DNA of 64,000 nt, taken from Yuukianura sp. NJ FZ-2021 (lineage: Eukaryota). This document shows, piece by piece, positions 51,279-64,000 of the stretch. Position numbers and translations under genes: made by a program. The stretch covers positions 10,478,001 to 10,542,000 of the forward strand of contig CM102290.1 of the NCBI GenBank assembly GCA_046563655.1. Direction: 5' to 3'. The stretch's first letter is position 1, and the number at the start of each line of letters is the position of its first letter. Below the pieces are notes generated by a model that saw only the letters and a list, made by a program, of their open reading frames with translations, had not been told where the DNA came from and ran no database searches.

Positions 51279-54200
51279 TCACACTGTTCTCGGTCTGTGC
51301 AAATTCGCCGTGTAGTAAGTCGACTTGTGCATTGTAGGACATTTCTTCGCCTGAAAAAGAAAAAAGAAAAAACCCGGGAACAATTAGACATATTGATGAC
51401 ATTTGAAAACCGAAAATGGTGAGGAAAGAGATCTTGGTCACCCGGAATTCAGTTGGGATAGGGACATGCACCTTAATTTCTCTTTTGTTTCTTTTCTTTA
51501 GTCGATTGAAGTTGATGTGATTGTTATTTTTATACTTGTTTTCTGGACGTGGGGGCGGGGGATACTGTTTGTGCGTGAGTGGGGGGATTGTATTGGTCTA
51601 GCAGGGATAATTCTTCCTTCCTTTTTTTTTTAAAAAACTGCACTGGTCTAGCGATGTGCTATCTTCTTAGAGCTAGCTGGAGTGGAATGTTCCCATTTGG
51701 ACAAAGGGAAATGGTCAAGAATGACTCCCTTGTGGAATTGGGCGGAATGAGGCCCACCGAGAAGTGGCGGGTTTATTTCAATTCTGAGGATTTCCTCAAA
51801 ATTTCCACGTCGAGGAAATCCTCGACGTGCTCGAAAAGCCAAAATTTTGGGGCAAATTTTATATCAGACGTAAATATTGGAGAAAGCTGACGACGGACAT
51901 TCGCTAGAAAACTTTCACCGTTACGCTTATCACGAACAAAAATTCAAAGAAAGGTTAGGTTAAGTTTTTTGTAATGTTATGGGAGCATGGTTTGAGGATT
52001 GAGGATAAAGATGAGCACTTGGGCATGTGTGAACATGTTTTTGAGGATATCCTCAATGGCATTCCGCAACCTTCCAGTTTTTTGGTCCAAAAGCTTTCCA
52101 CTCCAGGAAAACTCAAGGATGGATAATGAGCGGTCAGAATGACCCGAGAGAAAACGTTAAAGCCTTCCCGCCTTTTTTTTGAAAAAGAAAAAAAGAAATC
52201 AGAAGTGGAGATTACCACAGCCGCGGTTTTTCAAGATGAAAACCGTGTGCGGGAAAAAGAAAAAGAAAAAAGCCACAACTTTTATTGTGTCTACTCCTCG
52301 ATGTCTTTCGATTAAGGAAAATTTATCTGCACTGGGGGTCCTCTAAAACTGAAACTATTTCTTTTTCCACCCAACTTACGTCTCATTCATTCCACTTTCC
52401 ACCTTTTCTTTGTTCCCTCTTCTAAATGGCTTCCACTTTCGCGCTTTTGGCGCGTTTCTTTGAAAGAATCAAAATTTTAAAACACCCAAGCATTTCTATC
52501 CACCGTAACTTCTCCTGCGACAGGAAGATTAAATAGGAATTTCAAAAATTCGAATCTGCATGGAAAACGCGAAAACTTTTGGAGTTGCAAAATTTTCAGA
52601 TGCCATAAGCGAGAAAACATTGACCTTGGAAGTTTTCAATTTGCAAACGGCGGAAAACATAAATGAAATACAAAATTATTATAAAAGGGGGTAAGGAATA
52701 AAGTTGGCACGGCAAAAGTTTGAAAGTTGTTAAACTTTTGCGCTGTCGCGCCTTTCGATCGGCGAGATCAAGACAAGGTGAAGTGCCATTCGGAATTCCT
52801 TGGCGGTTTCACTTAATGCCTGGGATTGGGTCGTGTTTGGGAAATTGAATTGGTGTTAGGCAGTCTTCCCACGGCGGGAAAGGGGTTTACACTACTAGGT
52901 TAGGGTTTCTCTTCCACCGTGGTGGGGCTTCTTGTATGGTGGTGGCTCTCCCCCACCATAACTCTCGACCTTTAATTAAGAGTGACAGAGCTCCAAGGAC
53001 TTTCACCTGAACTTGTGGGAAATTGATGTTGGTTCGCACTGTGCGATGAAACAGTTTTTGTGCCGGTCGAACATTCCACAGCGGATTCTTTGCAGCCTCC
53101 GGAGTTCCCTGTTTCAGTTGGCGAAGAGCGTACATCTAAAAAAGTTTTCAAAATGTTAGACAAATTTGGCTTTTTCATAGGTCGAAGGTCATTAACTTTA
53201 CCATTTGGTTGGAGATGTACACAGGTTTGTTGAGGATGACCCAGGTCACGGTTTCCCAGCATCCTGGATGTGTCGTTGAGCCTTCGTAGGTCATGTAGTA
53301 ATCAGTCTCTGGCAGAAGCCCATACAACGAAATAGGGTTCACAGGGGACGTTTGATCTGCAAAGTTTAATTAAAACCGCCATGTCAATCACAATTCAAAA
53401 AAAATAAATTTGAAAGAATTTTCCAACTTTTTTGAAAATTCCGCCTGAAAAGCACCTAAACTATTCTATATCAGTGCTAACTTCAGTCTGAGTGATGTAT
53501 TTGACCTTTCCGGTTTTTTTTTTCAAAAGGTCAAGTGAACTAGACCTGCGTGTTTGTGTCAAATTCGTTTGTTTTCTTTTTGGCGGTAAAAGAGGAAAAG
53601 TGCGGGATTTGAATTTAAAAGGAAAGCTGTTTAGGAAGTTAGATGGTCTGGAGAGAGTCAAGTCACGTCAGGAAGCTGGACAAACAACATGAAAGGGAGA
53701 CAACGAAAAACCGCGCTTTTTTCTAAACTCACCCCATTTCATTTTTTGAATTTTCCCTCTCCTTCAACAGGACCTACTCTAATGAGTTCCACCACTTGGA
53801 CCAAGAACGCCGAGACCGGGATTCGAAACCACGTCCACGACTGATTGAAACTGTACATAACGCGAAAGGACGGGGGACACATGATAGAAGGGCAGCGGGA
53901 AAATTCAAAACGTGGGTGCCAAGGATCCTTCACTTCCAGAATTACAAATTTTTGAATGAGCGAAAATTTCGGCACCAAGTGTCTTTGAATTTTGATTTTT
54001 CCCTCATCACTTGAACACTATACGAATCCTCACGTCTTTTTGGCCTTCAGATTACGCTGAACAGCGTTTGAACAGAGCGCTGCAGCGGGCCCTGTTTAAA
54101 AATCTGGAGAGAGCCTGGGGTTCCCTTTCCATTCAAAGTAATTGAATTAGGCATCCGAATTGATGAGAATAGATGACGAACGTTGAGAAACTTTGAATTT

Positions 54201-56967
54201 CAATATCTTTCTGCGCCTTTCGCGCTCCTTGCATCTCAACTTCCAAATTCTCCCTCCTCCACTTCATTTAATGTCATTTTCTAAGCCTTGTAGAAGGTGA
54301 GTAGATTAAAACTGCCTAACGTAAGGCAAAGATACTAGACACAAACATTTTGCTTATTCGACGAAATTTTCGCGCGAAAAAGCAACACAGTCCCAAATTT
54401 AAATTCACGAATCTTTTTTCAAGTTTGAAAAATAACGGAACTTGTAATGAAATGGGACTTTCGTAGAATTGTAGAATTTATTGCAAAAATGTCAACATTG
54501 CAAAAAGCCACGGCGGGCAAAATTTGCAACTTTTTCGCAATCTTATCTCAAGTGCAATAAAGATCCAACAGCCTCTTCCATATCAAGGTGGCTTCTGTTT
54601 TAAATTTCCAATAATTTGGCCCGTAATTTTTTGTAATTGTGATTTAAATTTTTGAAAATTTTAATTTTAATTGCTCTTTCACTGCGCAGCTCGGCTCAGT
54701 GGTCTAGTGGTATGATTTACGCTTTGGGTATTCAAATTTGTGTAAGACACGGGTTCGATTCCCGTCTGAGCCCGAAAATTTCTTTTTCGCTCAAATTAAT
54801 GCCCTACGCTTTCATTTGTTTGTCTGATTTAATTATTTTTAATAAAAGGTGCACTCATCAATACTTTTGAAACTCTAACTTTCACAATGTTTAATTGGCA
54901 GGGTAATTAAAGTAAGTAACGTAATGTTGATTAGGCTAATGAGTTTGTGTTATGTTGTAATTGATGTTTGTTTGGGTAGAGCAGCTTTACATAATGTTCA
55001 GTATGTATCGAGGTTACATATTAGGTTAAGTATGGGAATTCTATTTCTGAAAATACATTCAACGCTGCGAATCAATCATAATTTGTTCCACGTTGGATTT
55101 AGGTGTGACAGGGAGAATAGGGAGGGAGAAAGCGCGGGAAAACTTTCTCTCTTCAAAATCAGAGAATTTGAGAGGAACGCGGCGGGAAGTAACAACGAGG
55201 AAAGAAAAGTTTTGGATGTCAATTAAATTAAAGGGGAGAGAAGGGCCCTTGAGCCCTTAAACCCTCCAGCAGAAGTTGACCTGTCAGTCACAAAAGCCAC
55301 TTTTGAGGTCAATTCAATTTGACTTTTGGACCTAAGCAAGGTCAAGGTCCATGGTAGCTAAACCGCAATTTTTGCGGCGTAAGCAACGCAACAGCATCGT
55401 GTAACGTTTCTTTTTCACGGGCTACGTGCTTCTGTTCCTATCGCTTTCTCCGATGACACTTTTTGGCATGGTGAGAAAAAGACAGGGGTAGCAGGTTTAC
55501 ACGATTTCACGAGTTGCAAAGCCCAACGCGATCTGAATAAGCAATTTCATTAAGAGTGGCTCGCAAAAGTCTCGCAAGCGCGACAAAATTTCAAATTTTG
55601 AAAAACTCTGATTAAACATTGCAAGCTGAAGTAAATATGCCGTGTTTACTGTCTAAATAATTTGATTTGCATTTGTTATAAGTTAACCTATCGTTTTCTG
55701 TAGTTAGCTTAACTGTATACTATGCTTAATCATAATCACCTAAAAGTTAAACAGTCAACTCACTTCTGTACTTTATTAGATGAAAAATGCTGGCCAACAT
55801 TCGTAACTCCGAATTCGGTGCTTTCGGTCCGTCTTCATTCTAAAATAAAACAACAATGACTTAGCCGTTGATGTTTTTTTTTGTAAGACGTTCTTATGTA
55901 TGTGCAAAAATAGTTAATGACTTGAACTTTTTTTTTGCAATTTGACAAGTTCCAGACAACTTGTCAACCATGTTTAAGTTTCTGTTCTAAAATTTCGTTC
56001 TAATTGATTAAATGGACCAGAACAGGCTAAGATGGATGGAGTGATAATGGGTGTCATAAAGACAATGGACACTTCCCCTTGCCTCATCTCCTCATAAAAC
56101 CGGAACAGAAACTTTTTACGAGTTTGACAAATAACTGTGGCGTTTGCATTGGGCGACTCAAACTGCGTTCGTAACTCACTCGGATCATGATAGACACGGC
56201 GACGACCCCGTTGGGTTTGAGCAGCGCTTCGGACAAGTTGGCGTACAGCTCCACGTTGAAACCATAAAGCTGCAGCTGTAAAAACAATAAACTGAATTTA
56301 ATTTACAACTCTATGCGCATTAAAAGTTTTCCAGCAGAAAAGTTACAACTGGAATTGAATCATCATGGGGCAGGATGAGTCAACTGGAATTTCAATTTTC
56401 AAACTTTCCCTCTTTACGAAAAAAGTGAACACCCATGGTCACTGGACCGAACGTCAATTCAATTCCTTTCCAAAATATGAACTTTCATCAACTTTCTTTT
56501 TCCAACTTCACAAATAAATTTTCCAAACTTTTCGAGAAGAGGATTTAGCGCTACTTTCGACATAAACTGGATGAAAAACAGGCGAAAATCATATATTTTT
56601 TATAATTTCAAAGAAAAAAAAACCTCGTGCGTTATAAAACGAATTTTGTTCGTGTGTCGTTGGAAAAGTAGACTTTGCATGAATTTTCAAATAAATGAAT
56701 TTGAAAACTGACGCTTCGTTCAATTTTAATCGCCAAGCGCGGAATTTGATATCGTCGGAATTTTTTAAAAGATGGACTGACCTCGGCTGGAAACGCGATT
56801 CCGTCGATCAAATGTTCTGAGCCTAACAAATCTTCTGGACCAAAGTGAATGTAGAGCTCTTCAAATTGGTAACGATAGGTCAAGGGACCACCGGAAATGT
56901 TGACCCGTACTCCCCTCTCAGCTGAAAACACAACTGTTTGTCCAGTATTCCGCAGAGTTCCACTAAT
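51279..56967 (-). CDS. Carbonic anhydrase-related protein (CA10/CA11-like, acatalytic), 3' exons only
   Basis: Exons 56967-56782, 56275-56180, 55839-55764, 53356-53202 (YMTYEGSTTHPGCWETVTW), 53135-53007 (NVRPAQ...RTVRTNI) and 51350-51279 (KKCPTM...). The zinc ligands are replaced (ELYIHFG, ELQLYG). The N-terminal exons were not found and probably lie beyond the window end. Confidence 0.9.
54693..54773 (+). tRNA. tRNA-Pro(TGG) with a 10-nt intron (54729-54738)
   Basis: Acceptor stem GGCTCAG/CTGAGCC, A-box TGGTCTAGTGG, anticodon stem TACGC/GTGTA, anticodon TGG at 54725-54727, T-arm ACGGG-TTCGATT-CCCGT and a T-run at ~54783. It is antisense within a CARP intron. Confidence 0.85.
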
Positions 56968-57905
56968 CTGCAAAGGTCAAAAGGTCAAACAAATTATAAT
57001 AAGGTCACACAACCCCCCCCCCCCAAATTGTAAAGAATTAGGTTTCAAATGACAGCAGTGGAGAGTTTTTTTACTGTAGAAATTTTTAAAACGTTTAAAG
57101 TTGATTCTGACAAAGCTTGAAAAGTTAGTATTTAAATTTAGCACACTGAATCATAGCTGTGCATAAGTAAACCTTGACCTATCGACCTGGATGACCTTGA
57201 AATTGCTTTGTTACTGAACCCAAAGAAAGTGCATGTCTTCGAAATCAATTTCTAAGCTAAATGTTATGTGTTTCAGACTGAACTTTCAGTTCAAATGCAA
57301 TCAAGGAAACAAACTAAACTTTTGGAAGGTCCGTGAACGATGGAATGGAATTGGATTTCGTTCCTTCCCGCCTTTCTGAAACCCACTTTCATAAATTCCC
57401 GCTTCCAATGCCTTCATCTTTTCCGCCCAATTGGATTATAACGAAGTGGAATTGGACTGGACTTGGACGTTCTAGATTCGGACACCAACCTCCCTCCCTT
57501 CCAGCAACTTCCTTGTTAACCCACTTAACCCATCTCATTTGTAACCCATCTCACCAAAGGTCAACTCGTGTCACTGGCCCATGAGACCATACTTTATATC
57601 AACACTACTAAATTCTCAAGAAAAGAGATTCAACAATTTTTCCATTTTTCCACTTAACTGCCCCTTCCCAAACCACCAAAAAATTTAACCCATTAACCCA
57701 TTCCACAATTTATTGTATTTTTTGTTTTCAAAACGCACATTAGCGGTAACAAGGCTTGGCGATCCTGGTTGTACGGAAAAATGTGCACGTAAGGTCATGT
57801 TGCTGTTTCAATTCGACGGGCTTACAAATGAGTGTTAACCCGTTAACCCATTCGACAATTCCCCGTACACGCCAAGGTTCGTGAACAAAAGGAAAACGTT
57901 TTCTA

Positions 57906-58069
57906 CACCAGGTTGTCCAATAACTCGAAGTTTAAAAATTTGTTTGAAAGTAGCAAATCTGCAGTTCTATGGTAATTATTGCATGTAATTTAAATGGGAT
58001 TGGTGCTAAATTGGTGCTAAAAGTTGTTTGAAGATTTTTGACAACCTTGAGTTATTGGACAACCTGTTG
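57906..58069. mobile_element. Tc1/mariner-type MITE with TA TSD
   Basis: TIRs CA(C/A)CAGGTTGTCCAATAACTC (20 of 21 matching), flanked by TA at 57904-57905 and 58070-58071. Confidence 0.8.
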
Positions 58070-60529
58070 TAGGAGATACAATTTGGTTGCCAAGGAACTT
58101 CGGTCCACACATAAGTAGTTTAGTCTAGGGTTTTAGTTAATTCAATACGCCGGGTTCACAAATTGAGTGTTAACCCATAAGTTGTCCTCCTTTGAATTAA
58201 CCCTTGGCGGGTTCCATCTTACACTGACGGGATGGTTAGAGAGTTTTTCAATTGTGTTTCTCCAGTTGCCACCTTAATATCAATTATTTCCAAGTGCAAA
58301 TAAGTATCTTTTGGAGACGGGGAAGAAGTGTCCTTGGGGAGTGTATCGGTTGATAGGCTTCCCATTCCGTGTTTTCTATTGTGCACAACTGTGGTGGAGT
58401 TTTTTTTTGGCGGGAGTTTTGGGGAAGCGGTTAGGCAGAAAATCGTATGGAAACCAAATAAAAAGAAAATGGAACCATTACAGCCTCTGAAAATATCTAT
58501 TTAACACTCATAGACTTCCGCCAACAAAACACACTTTCTCCTTTCACTGTAATTCACTTTCCGATAAAAAAGAAAGAAAGTTGTTTAACTCCTTCCAGCG
58601 TCATCCTCCCTCCAGAACCCACTAAACAACATATAGAAATAGTGTAGAACCTTCCATGTTTTTAGGGGGAAGAAAATCTTAAGCGGGAACTCCGTTTTTC
58701 GAAAATCCGGGACCGTTTTTTTTTGAAAATCCAGCTCCGGTTTTCCCTTTGTGTGCTTTCTTTCTTCTTATCCTTTTCCTTAAAAGTCCATGACGACGGT
58801 AGAGACTGGAGCTGTAGGATGCAGCGTCAGTAAAAACACTTTTGAGTACAAAATCCTGGATAGATTTTCAGCGATTTCTGAACCAGCTGACCGCTGGAGA
58901 ATATCTTACATGAGGAAAGTCTTTGTCCAGAAACATGACAATGTCCAGTCCAAGGTAACCGTTCAGTGGACAATGTCACAAGGATCAACAACGTAAACTT
59001 TCTTTTCAGAAACTTTTTTGATGTCACGCTTTGGCATAAATCTGCGTCAATCTGCACAAAACTTTCTGCCTGACTCATGCGCCTTCGCTAAAAATTAAAA
59101 AAAAAATCTACTAAAAGTAGAGAAGAAAATTTTCACACGTTGATGAGGACTTTCTTTTTTTGGAATGAGTTGATCACTTTTTTGAAAATGAAAACAGAAA
59201 CGATTTCCCATTTTTCACTTCCAATAACCTTTTTAACTTTTTATGCAGAATTTTGTACAAAAGCTGAAGGATTAAGTTTTGTGTAAAATAAATTAAGACT
59301 AGATTAGGTTAAGGCTAGGTTAGACCTGTCTTGTGCTTTCATTTTGTTGGACAACGGTACGAATTGGATTGAAAAAAGTGAAAACAATGTCGAGTCCAGA
59401 AGGTGCTACATTTGGAACCCATTTCTTTAAGAGGTTCTAAACGACTCTGACTTAGTTCAGTCCCCAGGGACCCTTTGGCGGGCTTTTTCCGTTTTTCGGA
59501 TCTTTAGAGCCCACTAGAGATCGTCCCTGCTTTCCTCACTTTTATACTGTTAGGTTTACCCTAACCTAACCACCCCCACCCCTCCCCAGCAAATCCCCAC
59601 CAATCGGACCTTTGACCCACGTCCCACCACACATTCCCAGGCTCAATCATTTATTAACCAAGCGTTTCCGAAAAAAAAAACTGCCACGACCACCGTTTCG
59701 CCTCCTAATTCTAAATCCACAAAACGAGTTTCACCGTCGTCGTCGTTCCACCTCAGAAAGTCCAACACATGGGCCCTCCTCGTCCTCGCTGTGATGCCCA
59801 TTAGAAGGCCCCGGGAAAGTTTGAATTCAAAAGTGCGCGGGGACTGTGGCACTTTTTTTTGGTTTTATGGAAGAAGTTCTAACGCGGTTCTATTTGAAAT
59901 CATGATTTATGAGGTGGAGAGAACTTTGAAAACCCAAAAGGCCTTTTAAGTAATGTCTACAAGTCATAATGGAGCATCTATTACTACTCCAGTCTCTGCT
60001 GGCTCTGATAGAATCTCCAGATTACGCCTTTCCTTATGGAGATTTGGAAAAACGAGAGGGCGGCAGTTTTTGAAAAGGAACAAAAACAATGAATGAGGTG
60101 TCGTTAGAGCGACGCTGGGAAATTTGCTTCCATGCCACATAAAAATCCATGTCAAAATTCAATGAGGTAAAGCCTTGGAATGTTCCTCCTTTCCCCTTCA
60201 CTACCAACACTTTCTCTTTCCTTCAGAATTCAAAAAAGGAGCCAACGACTGCTATTTTCGTGTACATTTAAATGCAAACAGCTCGTAACATCAATATTTA
60301 TACCGGAATAAACCTAAAACTAACAATCCGAAACCCAACAAGAACTTCACCATTCTAATGAATAACAACCTGATTTTAAAACTAATGCCTTTGTTTACTT
60401 TTATTGTACTACTTCTTTAAAAATTCCTCTAGTGTGACTATAGTGTTGTTCATACAATCAAAATCTAAATGCTTAATTTTCAAAATTTGGCACATAATAT
60501 TAACATAGGCACAACATAGTCACAACATA

Positions 60530-60904
60530 GCCACAACATAGTCACAACATAGCCACAACATAGTCACAACATAGCCACAATATAGCCACAACGTAGTCAC
60601 AACATAGCCACAACATAGTCACAACATAGTCACAATATAGTCACAACATAGTCACAACATAACCACAACATAGTCACAATATAGTCACAACATAGTCACA
60701 ACATAGCCACAACATAGTCACAACATAGCCAGAACATAGTCACAATATAGTCACAACATAGCCACAACATAGCCAGAACATAGTCACAATATAGTCACAA
60801 CATAGTCACAATATAGTCACAACATAGTCACAACATAGCCACAACATAGCCAAAACATAGTCACAACATAGCCACAACATAGCCAAAACATAGTCACAAC
60901 ATAG
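60530..60904. repeat. 11-bp minisatellite ACAACATAG(T/C)C, about 34 copies
   Basis: Directly visible, with variant units ACAATATAG.C and AGAACATAG.C. Confidence 0.97.
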
Positions 60905-63900
60905 TTTTTTGAATACCCTGTCAAAATTGATTGATTTCAAAATACGGAATGTAATCCCGCTAAAATGTGAAACTTTAAGCCTAACCGCGCTTCGCTTAAC
61001 AGAATCCTAATCTAAACTTATCCTTAATCCACGTTTTGCCCTGTTTTTTACATTTGGGGTTTGTGTGTATACCACTTTTGTGCTTTTGAGCGTTTTCTTT
61101 TTTAAACAGCGTCACTTCCTTGACGAAAGTGATTTGAGGCGCTTGGCAGTTAAGCTTCCCCTGGAGGTCGTGTCATGTCATTGGCGTAGAAGTATCCCAT
61201 TTTGGGTAGAAAATGGGCCTGGTTAAGAGCCACGATGGTTCTGATGTGCCAGGATGTAAAGGAAGATGACTTAAGGAGTTGTGGCTGTGACGAGATGATC
61301 TCATTTAGACAGCTTAGAGAACAATTAGTTTTGACTGGGGGTGGGGAGGGTGAGGAGAAAGTGGGGGCGGGGGATCATGTCTTCTTTTATGGCCAATTCC
61401 CATGTCTCCATTTGTTGTTTCCAGAATTCTTTGACTTTGTTCCTACGTCTGCCTTCCGTCTTTGGTTTTGGCACAAGATCAGAAAGTGAGGAGCAAAGAG
61501 CGTCTCTCCCCCTTTCTCTTCCTCTTCCATATTTATTATTGGGCCTTCTGAAACTTTTCCGGGTAGTTCAAAGTTAGCCGGGTAGCGGAGAGTGGAGTCT
61601 CCGTCTTTTATCCGGAAAATGTCTCGGACTTTGGATGATTCGGAAGTTGATAAGGCAAACAAAATTTATGTGTTGGCGGCAGGAACATGTTCTGCTCAAA
61701 AACATATCCATTCTGGTTCACACTGACCGAAGACATCGAAATCAGTAAACAACTGACGAAATACAATAAAAACTATACAAAATTTTGAGAACATTTTGAA
61801 AAGTTACTAATATTGAAAATCAGAAACATTGAAAACTCAAACAACAAAAGCGAATTACCAAAAGAGAAACCTGGTTCTGTGTGTATGTGGCTATCTCAAC
61901 TTTCTCAAAATTCTGCTCATGACTAATCAGGTATTACACTTTAGCCTAGTTGGTTTTAGTAAAAATTTGTTAGGTTAGTTAGGTTAGGGTAAGAATAATT
62001 GATTCCAACTTAGTTTTGTGTGTACGTTGTTAAAGTAGAAGTAGGCAAAGTGATGGTTCTGCAAAAGGAGAAAGTCGTGAGCAGTAAAGTTAGTGAAGCG
62101 GAAAGATTTCCCGTCCGGATCGCTGTCTCCAGCCCCTTCATTCTCCCTGGTCATGCAACTTCCCCCACAACTTTTAAAAGCTTTCCGCACAACTTTTCCC
62201 GCCAAACGGAATATGACTTCCAAATCTCAGAATTCCGTTTCCAGAAATGGACGCTTCTTTACTGTCTTTTTTCTGGAACCGGAAACCCTCCATTCCTCCG
62301 AATTCTCAACTTGACAGACACGAGTGACCTCCATTTTGTTTTTTGTAGATGATGTTTGGTGCTTTTGTGGAAATGCCCGAGTGCATTTTGTATCCTCACG
62401 AAACACAATTCATGAGTCTCGGTCGTGTCTCAACTTGCCCCAGCCCAAACATTCGTCGAAATCATAGAACGTGTACATTCAAAATCAAAATATAAAAAAA
62501 TACCTCAAAACTTTGCAAAAGCAGTGAATTTTTCCAAATACGGAAATTTCACAAAGAGACGTAGACACAACCGAAACGTGTAGAGAGTTAACATTACCAT
62601 AAATCCTCGCGTATACCACGCGGAATAACTGATAATTAGGCGAATAAGCTGAGCCATTTTGTGTTGACAAAGAAGCGACAAAATGCAGCCCAAATTTAAA
62701 AAAAAAGTTTCCCGTCGTGTTTTACAACCTCTTCACTTTCTCCCTCTCTCACACTGAAAAATATTGCTTTTGTTGAAACAACCTTTACTTATTCGTACTC
62801 CAAAGTTCCTGGAACTTGTTCCTTTCTCTCAGAGAACTTTAACGTTACGTTAGTTTTTCCATTAGGATGCAAAATACGGTCAGAGTGAATTTTCCAGTTA
62901 AGTGATTTTGAAACAAAGAAGTGGGATTGAAGATGGGTCATCCTGATTAGACTGAAGTCATTCCCCCTGCTACATAAAGGCCAACTTCTCAGTCACAAAT
63001 CTCCTCAAGTCAACGACTTATACCCCTGAAAATCCACGTTTTACATAAGATAAAAACGATTTGGAGTCTGAGTATAAAGTAACCTTACTCTTTGACCTAA
63101 CCTTACTTTCGTCCTAACCTTACTTGCTACACAATTTAATTCTCTAAATGCACAAAGTATTTCGAGGAACCTTTCTCCACTACCCACCCAGTGAAGAGGA
63201 AAGTTCCCAACGCAGTGGGTTTGAATCTGATGTTTTTCTTCTGAATCTACTCTCGAAGTGGTTTTTCTATTTTCAAAAAAGTTGGAAAGTTCTTCCTTTA
63301 TGCTATTTCAATCAGTAGATATTGGTAAAGAGCACCTATGCAGATTCGACACTGAATTTCAAGAAAAAGTGCGCGGTCATGTATGTGGTTGTGGGAAAAG
63401 TGCCTTGTCACTTTCTCCAAGATGCGAAAATACGACACAGTGGGTCTTCTTTCTTTTTCCAGAAAAATCCTTTCAGGAAAATGATAGTTTGGCGAAGGAA
63501 AAAGAGTTTCCTGTTTTTGAGGGTTACCTTTACATACAGTACTCCACAAATATAACATATTCAAAAATACATTACATGTTACATTACAATACATTAGTAT
63601 CCAACAACGCGTATGCAATGTACAAACATAACACATTGTGTGTTTCATGTAGTATGTGATGAATCTAACTATTGGCTGTGAAATTTCGAGTAGCATGAGG
63701 TTAGGTTAGAATTTTTAAAAAACTTGAGTTAGGCTAGTCTAACGGACTGGCTTTGTGTGAAACTTCGGATGCACTTGTGATGGAGTCAGAGGAAGATTAA
63801 TTTTGTGGAGATGGATTTAAAAAGTGGAGTTGAAAGCTTGAAGTTGCGGAGGGTGTGAATTTGGGTGTCTTCTGAATCTCATCCCTCCGCATTCCTTCCC

Positions 63901-64000
63901 CTCCACCTCATTTCAAAGGCTTCTTCCAATGTAAACAGTTCAAATTCCTCCCGCGCTCCTAAATTACTCAACATCCAAGTCTATTTCTTCCAGAAAGCAA

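Noticed and set aside
57000..64000. N-terminal CARP exons or additional genes
   Set aside because: No GPxFWGL/QSP-type exon or other credible coding exon was found; the listed ORFs look like chance frames in intronic DNA.

Overview
Eukaryotic, intron-rich, AT-rich genomic DNA. It is most likely from an arthropod, judging by the inaE/DAGLA, intersex, lov/Tkr and CARP orthologues and scattered TTAGG motifs; the species cannot be fixed from sequence alone. From about 10 kb onward it is an ordinary gene neighbourhood whose exons I reconstructed by hand: DAG lipase alpha (-), Mediator subunit 29/intersex (+), TCP11-like (-), ODF3/SHIPPO-repeat protein (+), BTB-pipsqueak factor Tkr/lov-like (-) and the 3' part of an acatalytic carbonic-anhydrase-related gene (-). 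This part also holds an intron-containing tRNA-Pro(TGG), several MITEs and an 11-bp minisatellite. The first ~9.6 kb is an accessory mosaic and the most interesting part. It contains a type III hammerhead-ribozyme motif on the minus strand (361-412) with an adjacent long hairpin, a 4.3-kb two-tier tandem array with Helitron-like ends, an intron-bearing WDR3/Utp12 pseudogene fragment, degenerate exon-intron repeats, two strong heat-shock elements and an ArfGAP-only ACAP fragment. A speculative reading is a heat-inducible, repeat-rich minus-strand RNA that is cleaved by the ribozyme. All calls come from manual reading and recalled family motifs; no searches or folding programs were run.
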